From: a virus
Lineage: Duplodnaviria > Caudoviricetes
Length of the DNA stretch: 64,000 nucleotides
IMG/VR virus record: IMGVR_UViG_3300021431_004083
Coordinates: 96,001-160,000 of that record
Strand: one strand, 5' to 3'
Below are positions 47,118 to 56,680 of the stretch, piece by piece. Below the pieces are notes generated by a model. It was not told where the DNA came from, ran no database searches, and saw nothing but the letters and a program-made list of their open reading frames with translations. How positions within the stretch are numbered: position 1 is the first letter of the stretch; each line of letters begins with the position of its first letter. Both the position numbers and the translations under genes were made by a program.

Positions 47118-48116
47118 ATGCAAAATCAAAGCGATTTTTACTCGCACCCTTTCATCCTCACTATCGCAAACAATCAAAGGTGGACTGTATCAACAAAAGA
47201 TAAAGTCCCGCTTGATATGTTTATGTTAATTTACCATAAACGTATTTGTGGAGCAAAATTCCACGACGAAGCGTCTCTCGTCTCTCTTCCCGACTTGATC
47301 GGAGTATTGGGACGACCTGAAAATTGCGCATACTGGCTCGACGCGCTCGAAGACAATTTCGTTGTCGTCGATGTAGAACCGAGCTGTCCTGAAAAAATTA
47401 AAAATAATCTTCTCAGATTACCATACATTTACGGAGAAAGGTCGATGTCAGGAAAAGGATATCATTTAGTGGTACCGATAACCACTGAGTTCGACGACTG
47501 CTCTGAATTATTGACAAAACCCGCAATCAAAGAAAAACACAAATGGTACGAAATACTGACAAGCCATTTCGTAACATTCACAGGAAACATCATCCAACCG
47601 GCTTACGACAATGTTCCGTTAAAAAGCCTGATTGATTATCTTAAACCGATGCAAACCGTCAGCAACAGAACTGACTTTCATTTCGAAGACTTAACGGACG
47701 GCGAACCCATCCCGGGACAAGACCAAATTGTAAGACAAATGATGGACGTCAAACCAAAGAACCTCGATGAATTTTATGACGATGTATCTCGCTATGAATT
47801 CGCATATGCTTGTAAGCTATATGCGAATATGCAGACGATTATTCAAAGCATCAAAAAACAACATCGAGACTTCAGCTCATTCAATGAAAAACAAAAAGAG
47901 AACTTTGGTTATGACGAAAAAATAATAAACCACGAATATACGCTTAATGAAAAAGCTTATTTTATATATCTCGTTTTGTCGGAAAATCTCGAACATCGCT
48001 TAAAACACGAAACCTTCCGTCAAAACCTGCCGTGGCTATTGTATTTAGCACAAGAAGCCATCGCAAAATCAACAGCGTCGAACGACGACGCAGCAAATAC
48101 TCAACAAAAGGTGTGA
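47118..48116 (+). CDS. Stand-alone AEP/primpol-type primase domain protein
   Basis: VVDVE, ERSMSGKGYHL and HFVTFTGN motifs. Confidence 0.75.
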   Translation: MQNQSDFYSHPFILTIANNQRWTVSTKDKVPLDMFMLIYHKRICGAKFHDEASLVSLPDLIGVLGRPENCAYWLDALEDNFVVVDVEPSCPEKIKNNLLRLPYIYGERSMSGKGYHLVVPITTEFDDCSELLTKPAIKEKHKWYEILTSHFVTFTGNIIQPAYDNVPLKSLIDYLKPMQTVSNRTDFHFEDLTDGEPIPGQDQIVRQMMDVKPKNLDEFYDDVSRYEFAYACKLYANMQTIIQSIKKQHRDFSSFNEKQKENFGYDEKIINHEYTLNEKAYFIYLVLSENLEHRLKHETFRQNLPWLLYLAQEAIAKSTASNDDAANTQQKV

Positions 48117-48121
48117 TTAAA

Positions 48122-48355
48122 ATGCCAAACGCGACAATCAAAAACGGAGCCATGCTCACCGGCATTTTAAGAATGCACGATTCGGCGACAAACACGATAT
48201 ACGACGTCACCGTCAAAGGTAATATCATATCGATAAAAGACGACATCGTGCAAATCGCGTTAACAGAACAACTCAACTGGAACAGCGTATTCTCGCTTAT
48301 AAAAGGACAGTTGATAAGCATAATGAAAACAAATATCCTTAATATCGAAGGCTGA
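48122..48355 (+). CDS. Small hypothetical protein
   Basis: aaggtg RBS; followed by a hairpin at 48372-48413. Confidence 0.6.
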   Translation: MPNATIKNGAMLTGILRMHDSATNTIYDVTVKGNIISIKDDIVQIALTEQLNWNSVFSLIKGQLISIMKTNILNIEG

Positions 48356-48464
48356 TATACCTCTTTCATTACCCCTCTCAGCGTTATTGATATTTCATTG
48401 ACACTGAGAGGGGAGCAACCCCTCTTTTTTTACAAAACACCAAAACGCAAGGAGAAAAACCCCT

Positions 48465-48797
48465 ATGAAACCTGAAAACATAACACCCATGTACAGCCGC
48501 ACACCGATTGATTATAAAAGCAAAAAGGGCTTTTCCATCGCGTCTCTTACCATCAGTATCATCAGCTGTATCATCACATGGTTAGGTCTTGTCGGCAGCA
48601 TTGCGGCTCTTGTACTGTCAACATTGAGCCTTATCTTTGCTATCATTGCCAAAAAGCAAAACAGAGAAATCAGACGAAAAAGCCATCTCGCAACAATAGG
48701 TCTCGTCATATCCATCATCGGAATCGTACTCGCCGTTATTAATTTGATTACATACGGATTCGTCTTTGGCTTTCTCGCCAACATAATAAATAGTTGA
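48465..48797 (+). CDS. DUF4190-like membrane protein
   Basis: SIASLTISI...ATIGLVISIIG; three TM segments. Confidence 0.75.
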   Translation: MKPENITPMYSRTPIDYKSKKGFSIASLTISIISCIITWLGLVGSIAALVLSTLSLIFAIIAKKQNREIRRKSHLATIGLVISIIGIVLAVINLITYGFVFGFLANIINS

Positions 48798-48822
48798 CAA
48801 AAACGCAAATCGCGCTTACAAT
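48794..48822 (+). promoter_or_regulatory. Sigma-A promoter
   Basis: TTGACA-17 nt-TACAAT. Confidence 0.75.
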
Positions 48823-48854
48823 AATAATATACCAATAAAAAGGAGAGTCTTACT

Positions 48855-49145
48855 ATGACTGTTACCGTAAAAGGCGGCACACTCTCACAAAAGGAAATCA
48901 ACGAATACATCCTTGAAATGAAGAAGCGTCACCCGGACCAAAAAATCAAATCAATGACGTTAACGCTCGATAACGACGAAGTAGAAATCAACTACGAATA
49001 CGAAAGCGTACCGTTCGAAAGAATTCGTCGTATCACAGGCTATCTTGTCGGAACCATCGAACGCTTCAACAACGCAAAGCGTGCTGAGGTTAACGACAGA
49101 GTTAAACACAGTCTCTGCGATTGCCGTCTTGAAAACATCGCGTAA
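48855..49145 (+). CDS. Stand-alone NrdD C-terminal glycyl-radical-loop protein (96 aa)
   Basis: RIRRITGYLVG...FNNAKRAEVNDRVKH is the class III RNR C-terminus. Confidence 0.85.
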   Translation: MTVTVKGGTLSQKEINEYILEMKKRHPDQKIKSMTLTLDNDEVEINYEYESVPFERIRRITGYLVGTIERFNNAKRAEVNDRVKHSLCDCRLENIA

Positions 49146-49213
49146 GAAAGATGTCCCGTTAATCAACGGGGCATCCCTCTTTAACCAAAAAACATAAAAA
49201 AGGTGAGCTGCAT

Positions 49214-49579
49214 ATGAATAACGATTACAAATATCCGCCGTTTACACTCACGCCGAGTAAAAAAACAGAATATTGTGTTATTTTCGCACCGATGGCAAAA
49301 CGATTGCACGGCTTTTTCGCGCACCATGGCATCACGGAATATGCAATCGTAGACGCACCTATGATAAAACAAAACAACCCTGTGTTGAAAGAACCGTTAG
49401 TCGTAAGAATAGAAACGACGAACAAACAGATCAAAAGAAACGACCTTCGCCTGTATCTGGCGGCGCCCTTTAAAAAAGAAGACATGGAAAAGCTTGTAAA
49501 CACATGTCTCAATTGGCGCAAAACAGACAGCGCCGCGAAGATATCAGAAGAACAGGCAAAAGCAAACGAACCTGCATAA
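49214..49579 (+). CDS. Hypothetical protein
   Basis: aaggtg RBS; 121 aa. Confidence 0.7.
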   Translation: MNNDYKYPPFTLTPSKKTEYCVIFAPMAKRLHGFFAHHGITEYAIVDAPMIKQNNPVLKEPLVVRIETTNKQIKRNDLRLYLAAPFKKEDMEKLVNTCLNWRKTDSAAKISEEQAKANEPA

Positions 49580-49597
49580 ACCGAAAGGTGACATGAC

Positions 49598-50623
49598 ATG
49601 AAACAAATCAGCTATCAAATGCACCCTGATACAACAAAACAGGAGCTTATAGACCATCTGTTTGACCTGAGTCTCATATTACAAGACAGACCGAAAACAG
49701 GATGGTGGCATGTCGACCATAAATATAATCATTCCGATAAACATTTCGACAAAACGCAAGACGAGCTTATCGAAGGTCTTATCGAAAGAAATCTCAACAC
49801 GCAAAAATACGACCGCACTGACGCTGCAAGCTCCTTCGATACGAACGTTGTATCAAAAGAAAACATATTAGCCGAAAGCATACTTGATAATATGGAAGAG
49901 ATAGCTGATTGGTTATTATCCGACGACGACTGTCTTTTGGATATCAACACGCAAATAAAAGATGAAAAAACAGGCAAACCCATCAATATCGGATACGGTT
50001 TTGCCAACGGTCTGAAGGGTTTTTCGACAAGTAATGCCCGCGTCGTTCTCACGAAAGAGTTCAACAATCCGGAAGGCTTCGCCATCCGAACCATGTACCC
50101 GTTTTTCGATGAAACGCATTCCGTGTATAATGGCGTCGACGGATTGAAACTCTTGCGCGAAAGTGAAACATTCAAAAACGCAAACACTGCGCAGCAGGAT
50201 TATATGCGAACACTGGTGACACATCGTAACATATATGCCAGACAACAAAAAGACTCCGGTGAAATACGCTACGTTATGACGGATGCCAAAAGTGAAAACG
50301 CACCGATACGCTACACTGTTTACGATAAAAAAGAAGAAAGTCGATTAGTAATTGGCTCGAAAGACGGTCATAATAACATCATAAAATGTCCATACACGAA
50401 AAACCCCGACCAAAAAGGTCTGCTGACATTTCCCGACGATATCGACTATGAAAAATTCCAAAACGACTTCCCACATTTCTGTGAAACCATCAGCATATCA
50501 CAAAAAATAATCGAAGATGAGAGGGCATTTCGAAAACAACAACGAAAAAAGCAAGCGAACAACCTCAAAGAAAAAACCGTCGATAAACAAACAGAACAGC
50601 AAACACAACGGCAGCCCGAATAG
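49598..50623 (+). CDS. Protein with a bacterial RNase A-like (CdiA-CT type) domain
   Basis: HSDKH..K...EL, ASSF, IGYG, ARVVL and IRTMYP in family order. Confidence 0.6.
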   Translation: MKQISYQMHPDTTKQELIDHLFDLSLILQDRPKTGWWHVDHKYNHSDKHFDKTQDELIEGLIERNLNTQKYDRTDAASSFDTNVVSKENILAESILDNMEEIADWLLSDDDCLLDINTQIKDEKTGKPINIGYGFANGLKGFSTSNARVVLTKEFNNPEGFAIRTMYPFFDETHSVYNGVDGLKLLRESETFKNANTAQQDYMRTLVTHRNIYARQQKDSGEIRYVMTDAKSENAPIRYTVYDKKEESRLVIGSKDGHNNIIKCPYTKNPDQKGLLTFPDDIDYEKFQNDFPHFCETISISQKIIEDERAFRKQQRKKQANNLKEKTVDKQTEQQTQRQPE

Positions 50624-50637
50624 GTTGTCGTTTTTTT
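50610..50637 (+). terminator. Rho-independent terminator
   Basis: GGCAGCC-cgaata-GGTTGTC followed by a T-run. Confidence 0.7.
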
Positions 50638-50676
50638 ATATCTAAAAAATCACATGTAAAAGCGAGTTGAAAAAAC

Positions 50677-51906
50677 GTGAAAAAACCTCTCGCCGAACAG
50701 GCACGACCGACAAAATACCTCAGTGACATCATAGGACAACCTCATCTCACAGGCGCGAACGGTAGCATTACAAATATGTTACAGAACGACAGCCTCAAAT
50801 CCATGATATTTTACGGACCTCCCGGAACAGGGAAAACGTCAACAGCCCGAATCATCGCGGAGAATACAAACTACCCGCTGTGTTCACTGAATGCCACTGT
50901 TGCGTCAGTAAAAGACATCCACAAAGCGATTACCGATAACGAAGATAATCTTCCTGTTCTCGTTTATCTGGATGAAGTGCAATACTTCAATAAAAAACAA
51001 CAACAATCGCTGCTCCCGTTTATCGAATCGGGAGAAATGGTTTTGATTGCAAGCACTACGGAGAATCCTTATCATGCGTTATATGACGCACTCATCAGCC
51101 GATGCATTGTATGTGAGTTCAAAAAGCCGACGCCGAACCAAATAGAAGAACGTTTGTTTGTTATCGTAAGAGATTTTATGACAAACAAAATCCAATTCGA
51201 CGCAGGCGCATTGCATTATATTGCGGACATATCAGGCGGTGATGTCCGGCAAGCAATCAACATAACAGAGCTTGCATATGAACAATACAAAAGTCGATAC
51301 GCTGCTCACAAAACAGCTATTTCTATCAACGATATCAAAGCCTTGCTGCCGTCCGTAAATATGGCAGGCTTTGACACAAACGGAAACATCCATTATGGGC
51401 TCATTTCCGCGCTGCAGAAATCAATAAGAGGAAGCGACCCCGACGCTGCTGTCTTTTATCTCGCAAGACTACTCGAAGGCGGGGATTTGCTGTCCCCATG
51501 CAGAAGACTTCTTGTGATCGCGAACGAAGACATCGGACTCGCAGCGCCGCACGTACCATCAGCAGTATATGCCATGGTACAGACAGCGAAAGAACTTGGC
51601 TTACCTGAAGCAAAGTTACCATTAACAAACGCTGTGTTACTGATGGCAACAGCGCCAAAGTCTCACTCGGCAGAACAAGCATACAACGCAGCGCTCGAAG
51701 ACGTCGTAAAAGGAAAGGGCGGAACGATACCGACACATCTCGCGCGTGCTTGCGCACAAGGCTATTTATATCCGCATGACTATCCAAATCATTGGGTAAA
51801 ACAACAATATATGCCTGACGACATTATCGGTCACAAGTATTATAATCCTGAGAACAGTTTTGTAGAAAAGCAAAACGACATTTATTGGCGAGCCATAAAG
51901 TCGTAA
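50677..51906 (+). CDS. rarA: Replication-associated recombination protein A (MgsA/RarA)
   Basis: PLAEQARP, GPPGTGKT, TTENP, SALQKSIRGSDPD and YLYPHDY. Confidence 0.96.
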   Translation: MKKPLAEQARPTKYLSDIIGQPHLTGANGSITNMLQNDSLKSMIFYGPPGTGKTSTARIIAENTNYPLCSLNATVASVKDIHKAITDNEDNLPVLVYLDEVQYFNKKQQQSLLPFIESGEMVLIASTTENPYHALYDALISRCIVCEFKKPTPNQIEERLFVIVRDFMTNKIQFDAGALHYIADISGGDVRQAINITELAYEQYKSRYAAHKTAISINDIKALLPSVNMAGFDTNGNIHYGLISALQKSIRGSDPDAAVFYLARLLEGGDLLSPCRRLLVIANEDIGLAAPHVPSAVYAMVQTAKELGLPEAKLPLTNAVLLMATAPKSHSAEQAYNAALEDVVKGKGGTIPTHLARACAQGYLYPHDYPNHWVKQQYMPDDIIGHKYYNPENSFVEKQNDIYWRAIKS

Positions 51907-52108
51907 AAAGAAAATTGAAGCCTCGTGATACTCATATCACGAGGCCACGCTTATGTTTTTGCACACAAAAACAGCAAAATATGCCTTGGGGAGTTGTACT
52001 CATGAGTATATGTATCGGAGAAGTAATGCGTTTAGAAATAAATAGCATTCATCGAAAACACAAAGCTCAAATTACATTAAAAAATTTTAAAAAGGAGTAT
52101 CCTAAACT

Positions 52109-52819
52109 ATGAAGAAGACAATCAGTATCATGCTTACCGTTCTTATCGTAATGGTAATGCTGGCAACCACCGTCATCAGTAGTGCCGCTGCCACAGAAGA
52201 AGAGCTTGCCGCATACAGACATTGGCTCGGTGAAATCTCAGATGAGGAGTACAACGCATTGGTATCTCCGTCTTATGAGAACACAGACGAAGTCGTAACA
52301 GAGCAGGACGCAGTCCCCATCGAAGCGACAGCGAAGTATAGCGATGTAACCGCAACCTCGAAGAACAGCGACATCGCCGAAGCTGGTGCCGCAAATCAGA
52401 CAAACGATGATACATCAGACACCATCACCGTCGACAACGACAAGAGCGATACCACAGGCAACACTACCAACGATACCGACAAGATTATCGAAAATGACAC
52501 AGACGATATCATCACAAACGACGTCGTGCCTGATAAGACAAATGACGACGATAAGACGACTGGCGATACCGACAAGGTAGAAGACGCAACAGAGCCGTCG
52601 ACAAAAGAAGACACCGTCGTAACGGAGACTACTGCTGAGACTACCGCTTCAACAGAAGCACCGACCGTCCCCGCGACAACCGCTAAGTCCAATACGCTTG
52701 TAAAGACAAATAACCCTAAGACGGGTGACAGCGTATGGATTATCGTAAGCCTGCTCACTGCCGCAGTTCTCGGCGCGAGCGTACTCGTCATCTATCGCAA
52801 GAGGGCGAAGTCTAAGTAA
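52109..52819 (+). CDS. Acidic, T/D-rich surface protein; sortase B substrate
   Basis: Signal peptide; NPKTG + TM + basic tail; directly upstream of srtB. Confidence 0.85.
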   Translation: MKKTISIMLTVLIVMVMLATTVISSAAATEEELAAYRHWLGEISDEEYNALVSPSYENTDEVVTEQDAVPIEATAKYSDVTATSKNSDIAEAGAANQTNDDTSDTITVDNDKSDTTGNTTNDTDKIIENDTDDIITNDVVPDKTNDDDKTTGDTDKVEDATEPSTKEDTVVTETTAETTASTEAPTVPATTAKSNTLVKTNNPKTGDSVWIIVSLLTAAVLGASVLVIYRKRAKSK

Positions 52820-52830
52820 ATCACAAAGAG

Positions 52831-52870
52831 AATAGGATTATCGGTATGATACCGATAATCCTATTTTTTT
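52831..52870 (+). terminator. Long perfect hairpin terminator
   Basis: AATAGGATTATCGGTAT-g-ATACCGATAATCCTATT + T-run. Confidence 0.8.
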
Positions 52871-52896
52871 AGAAAAAAAAGAAAGGTTCTATCACA

Positions 52897-53667
52897 ATGG
52901 AAACAAAAGCCAAGAAAAAACTTTTCATCATTCTATTGCTTTTTGTTGCAGTTAGTGCTATCATCGGAACAGGTTTGATTATAAACAGAGCTTCAGATAT
53001 AAACAAAGCGCGCGAGCAGCAAAACGTGATAAACAAAGCGACGGTAGAAACCGTCGCACCCTCTGATTTTTTAAGTACGAAAGATTACGACGGCACAGAA
53101 GCAAGCTTCGAGCCCTCGTATATCGTCGACTTCGAAAATCTGAAATCAAAGAACAACGACGTTGTTGCATGGATTAAAATAGAAGACACAGAAATCGAAT
53201 ATCCCGTTGTTCAGTCAAACGATAACGATTATTACCTGAACCGCGATATCGACCGAAATGAAAATCAGGCGGGCTGGATTTTTGCGGACTGGGCGAACAA
53301 TATGGAAACACTCGATATGAACACCGTACTCTATGGTCACAACATGAGAGACGGTTCCATGTTCGCGGGCGTCAACCATTTATTGAGCAATATCAACAAT
53401 GAGAATTGCCAAAACCACAAAGTAACATTCGTTACACAAAATCACTATTATGAAGGATACATCTTCTCCATATACGAAGTAGACCCCGATGAAGATTACC
53501 GAACAGCTAATCCCGACGACATCACAGCTTTTACAAGAAAAATACACGAAGCGTCGTGGAGTTCGCTTGAATTGCCCGAATTTGACCGCATATTGACACT
53601 GTCGACATGCGCAAATGTCGGTGACAACAGAACAGCGTGTCACATTGCGCTCAAAGAAATGAGCTAA
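52897..53667 (+). CDS. srtB: Class B sortase
   Basis: YPVVQSNDNDYYL, LYGHNM and LTLSTC...R. Confidence 0.93.
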   Translation: METKAKKKLFIILLLFVAVSAIIGTGLIINRASDINKAREQQNVINKATVETVAPSDFLSTKDYDGTEASFEPSYIVDFENLKSKNNDVVAWIKIEDTEIEYPVVQSNDNDYYLNRDIDRNENQAGWIFADWANNMETLDMNTVLYGHNMRDGSMFAGVNHLLSNINNENCQNHKVTFVTQNHYYEGYIFSIYEVDPDEDYRTANPDDITAFTRKIHEASWSSLELPEFDRILTLSTCANVGDNRTACHIALKEMS

Positions 53668-53689
53668 TAATAACAGAGGAAAAAAGAAA

Positions 53690-54391
53690 ATGAAACAAAC
53701 AACGAAACCGAAAGTCGCGCACGTCGCAGCGCTTATCGTATTCGCGTCAATCAGTATCGGACTGTTGATTTGCGGATATGTCTTCGACGCCTTTAACATC
53801 ATATCAATCGCTGTATACATTGGCATTTCAATCATCGTAGCGTCATTGATTATCGTGACCATCCAAAAAAAGTGGCTACAGAGAAGCCTGTTTTGCGGAT
53901 ATGTACTGATAGTTGCCTTTGTGTGTCTGTCATTCGCTTCCGTATACATGACAGCACAAGCCCACGGAATGTACAAACTCGATACAGGTATGACAAAAAT
54001 GACAGAATACAATAAGCTCACACCGAACGAATCGATTCTGCCTGAAGATTACCATAATCGGTTAATCATTTATTACCGCTACGACTGCAAAGATTGCCAC
54101 GACACATACCATGAGATTTGCGAATATCTCAAGGAGAAAAACGTCGAACCGCTCTGGGTATCAACACGCTCTAAACAGGGAAAAGAACTTATGGAAACGT
54201 ATCCGCCGTCCGAAGTGCCGACAGGCATCGTCGTATGGAAAAACGGTGATAAAAACGAATATATCATTCGTTCTATCGCAATATCCGGCGGCAAAGATGA
54301 CAACGGTAATAAAAATCCGTCAAAGCTTGATACCAACGCTATGGACGACCTGATTGAAATGCTCAAAACAAAGGAGAACCCCCATGAATAA
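53690..54391 (+). CDS. Membrane protein with thioredoxin-like CxxC domain
   Basis: Three TM segments; YRYDCKDC; EVPT cis-Pro-like motif. Confidence 0.7.
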   Translation: MKQTTKPKVAHVAALIVFASISIGLLICGYVFDAFNIISIAVYIGISIIVASLIIVTIQKKWLQRSLFCGYVLIVAFVCLSFASVYMTAQAHGMYKLDTGMTKMTEYNKLTPNESILPEDYHNRLIIYYRYDCKDCHDTYHEICEYLKEKNVEPLWVSTRSKQGKELMETYPPSEVPTGIVVWKNGDKNEYIIRSIAISGGKDDNGNKNPSKLDTNAMDDLIEMLKTKENPHE

Positions 54392-55097
54392 AAACCTCGA
54401 CGCATGGATTGACCTTTTGCCGGAAGAAACAGCTCACAAAATGACCGAGTGTCTCGACAAAGTAAACGAGTTAAGAAACAAAGGGAAAATCATATATCCG
54501 CCGACAGAAGAAACCTTCACAGCGCTTGAACTGCTGCACCCTGATAACGTAAAAGTCGTTATATTAGGACAGGACCCTTATCATCAGCCCGGACAGGCGA
54601 GAGGTCTTGCCTTTGCTGTAAAACCCGGCACCGTACCGCCGCCGTCACTGCTGAATATCTATAAAGAACTCACGGATGACATCGGTTGCGATTATCCCAA
54701 AATAGGCAATCTCGCACAATGGGAACATGAAGGCGTCTTATTGCTCAACACAACATTAACGGTAGAACAAGGAAAACCAACGTCACATGCTAACCTCGGA
54801 TGGCAGGAAGTCACCACCGAAATCATCAAAACCATCATGTCAAACGGTCGTGTGACGGTTTTTCTTGCATGGGGCTCTTACGCTATCAATCTCATCAACC
54901 AATGTGCTGAAGAGCTGAAAGCAGAAAATGTTAATTGCCCGTACAACTACGGATTGAAAGCAACACACCCCAGTCCGCTCTCTGCGCACAAGAAAACGAG
55001 AAATGCCGAGGCATTCATCGGCTCAAGACCGTTTTCGAAAGCCAACAGAATATTAACAAAACACGGAGTCGAACCAATCCAATGGGCGCTCCGATAA
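54384..55097 (+). CDS. ung: Uracil-DNA glycosylase, family 1
   Basis: GQDPYH, PPSL, GVLLLN and HPSPLS. Confidence 0.97.
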   Translation: MNKNLDAWIDLLPEETAHKMTECLDKVNELRNKGKIIYPPTEETFTALELLHPDNVKVVILGQDPYHQPGQARGLAFAVKPGTVPPPSLLNIYKELTDDIGCDYPKIGNLAQWEHEGVLLLNTTLTVEQGKPTSHANLGWQEVTTEIIKTIMSNGRVTVFLAWGSYAINLINQCAEELKAENVNCPYNYGLKATHPSPLSAHKKTRNAEAFIGSRPFSKANRILTKHGVEPIQWALR

Positions 55098-55112
55098 AGG
55101 AGTGAACAAACT

Positions 55113-55313
55113 ACGTACCACAAAAAAGAAAAGGAAATAGAAAAACTGGCAGCACTTATCGGGATGGCGATGAACCAACCCAAAGAAACATGCTTATCCG
55201 AAAGCTGCGTTACATGTGTACTGAATAAACGCTGCAATATGGAAACACGCTATGCCTATTTCCTCGTCAAAAACGGCGTAACGCTCAAAAGGAGAGATAC
55301 CCATGACAGATAA
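55113..55313 (+). CDS. Cys-rich 66-codon ORF with ACG at the expected start position
   Basis: AAGGAG 10 nt before ACG; CLSESCVTCVLNKRC; overlaps the next start. Confidence 0.45.
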   Translation, partial: TYHKKEKEIEKLAALIGMAMNQPKETCLSESCVTCVLNKRCNMETRYAYFLVKNGVTLKRRDTHDR

Positions 55314-55983
55314 CGAGAAAAAGGTCTTATCCGTACTCATCAAAAAGTTAAAATGTGATTCAGAAAAAGCGAAAACCGTAATCAACGAAAAGAACCTCAT
55401 ACAGGCGAAGCTCCATATCGCCAAATTCTGCGGTCTCCCTGTTCCTCTTGAATTTGAGACAATCGACCTCGATACGCCGCCTTTTTCCGTCGACTTGGTT
55501 CGTTTCATCAACGAAGACGAACCTGTCGCCGATACGGAAAACAAAACGCTGCACCGTCCTTACAACAAAATCATTTGTATCATAAACGCACTGGATGATA
55601 TCCCGCATGATAAAATTCCCGCTGTCAAATGGTTCGAAATATTGTCCTGTTGCGCATACTGCTATCACAAAGATGATATCAACGGAATATTCCGAAGAAA
55701 ATATCAACTGTCTGACAAACAGGCAAATGCGTTTGAAAAACTCATAAAAGAGCTGCGCAAACAAACAACAGAACCTGCCGACATGCCGAAAGTCAAAGGC
55801 ACATGTCTGTACATCGACATCTTTGCCGAAGAAAAAGTAACAAGAAAAGGCATTCTGTTTGAAAATGGTATCATAATGGATATCGAAACCGGCGACTATA
55901 TCGGCGCGGATGAAGCAATCATCAAAACAATCGAACCGAAAAAACACATGACAAACAACAAGGAAGGAAACGAACATGATTAA
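55303..55983 (+). CDS. Hypothetical protein
   Basis: aaggag RBS; 226 aa. Confidence 0.75.
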   Translation: MTDNEKKVLSVLIKKLKCDSEKAKTVINEKNLIQAKLHIAKFCGLPVPLEFETIDLDTPPFSVDLVRFINEDEPVADTENKTLHRPYNKIICIINALDDIPHDKIPAVKWFEILSCCAYCYHKDDINGIFRRKYQLSDKQANAFEKLIKELRKQTTEPADMPKVKGTCLYIDIFAEEKVTRKGILFENGIIMDIETGDYIGADEAIIKTIEPKKHMTNNKEGNEHD

Positions 55984-56677
55984 AATCATCATCACAGGAC
56001 AGCCTGGAACAGGCAAATCAGAACTCTTTCGTTGTCTGAAAAGAAACGAAGTACCCATACTGAAAATCGACCGTGATAATGCTATCGACCTCAGCACTAT
56101 AGATAAATGCGATACGTTTTTCGATACAGACGTCATCATCTGCGAGCCTGACAGAATTCCCGAGATAACAGCAGAATTTGAAAACACAGCGTTTATCATC
56201 GGAGAAATCGAAAAAACAGATATCGGAGATATCCCGTCGATATCCGATAATGAAACAGCTTACCAAACATACGAGGCAGCAAGAAAAGAAAAAGAAGAAC
56301 AATTTGCCGCGTTCGAAAAAGAAATGGCTGAATTCCATGAAACACAAAAAGTCCCCGAAAACGGAAAATACCTCAAAGGAAATATTCGGGCAACATTCAG
56401 CCTGAACAATGATTATACACAGAAAGCGCTCGGTATCATGACGTCGACAATCATGTGTATGATTAACCGACTGAAGAACCTGACACACGTCATCAACTGT
56501 CTCAACGAAATTGGCGTCATCGACTTCGCGCCATACCCCGCAAACGAATGCGCTATCGAAGTAGCGTTCAGTGAAACGGGTGTATCCCGACTTATGAGCG
56601 ACTATCTGGACACGTATCAAATCACAAAAGATAAAGCTGTAATATTGAAGCGTGTTGACGATAACAAAACGGAGTAA
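55976..56677 (+). CDS. P-loop NTPase/kinase-like protein
   Basis: N-terminal IIITGQPGTGKS. Confidence 0.75.
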   Translation: MIKIIITGQPGTGKSELFRCLKRNEVPILKIDRDNAIDLSTIDKCDTFFDTDVIICEPDRIPEITAEFENTAFIIGEIEKTDIGDIPSISDNETAYQTYEAARKEKEEQFAAFEKEMAEFHETQKVPENGKYLKGNIRATFSLNNDYTQKALGIMTSTIMCMINRLKNLTHVINCLNEIGVIDFAPYPANECAIEVAFSETGVSRLMSDYLDTYQITKDKAVILKRVDDNKTE

Positions 56678-56680
56678 AAA

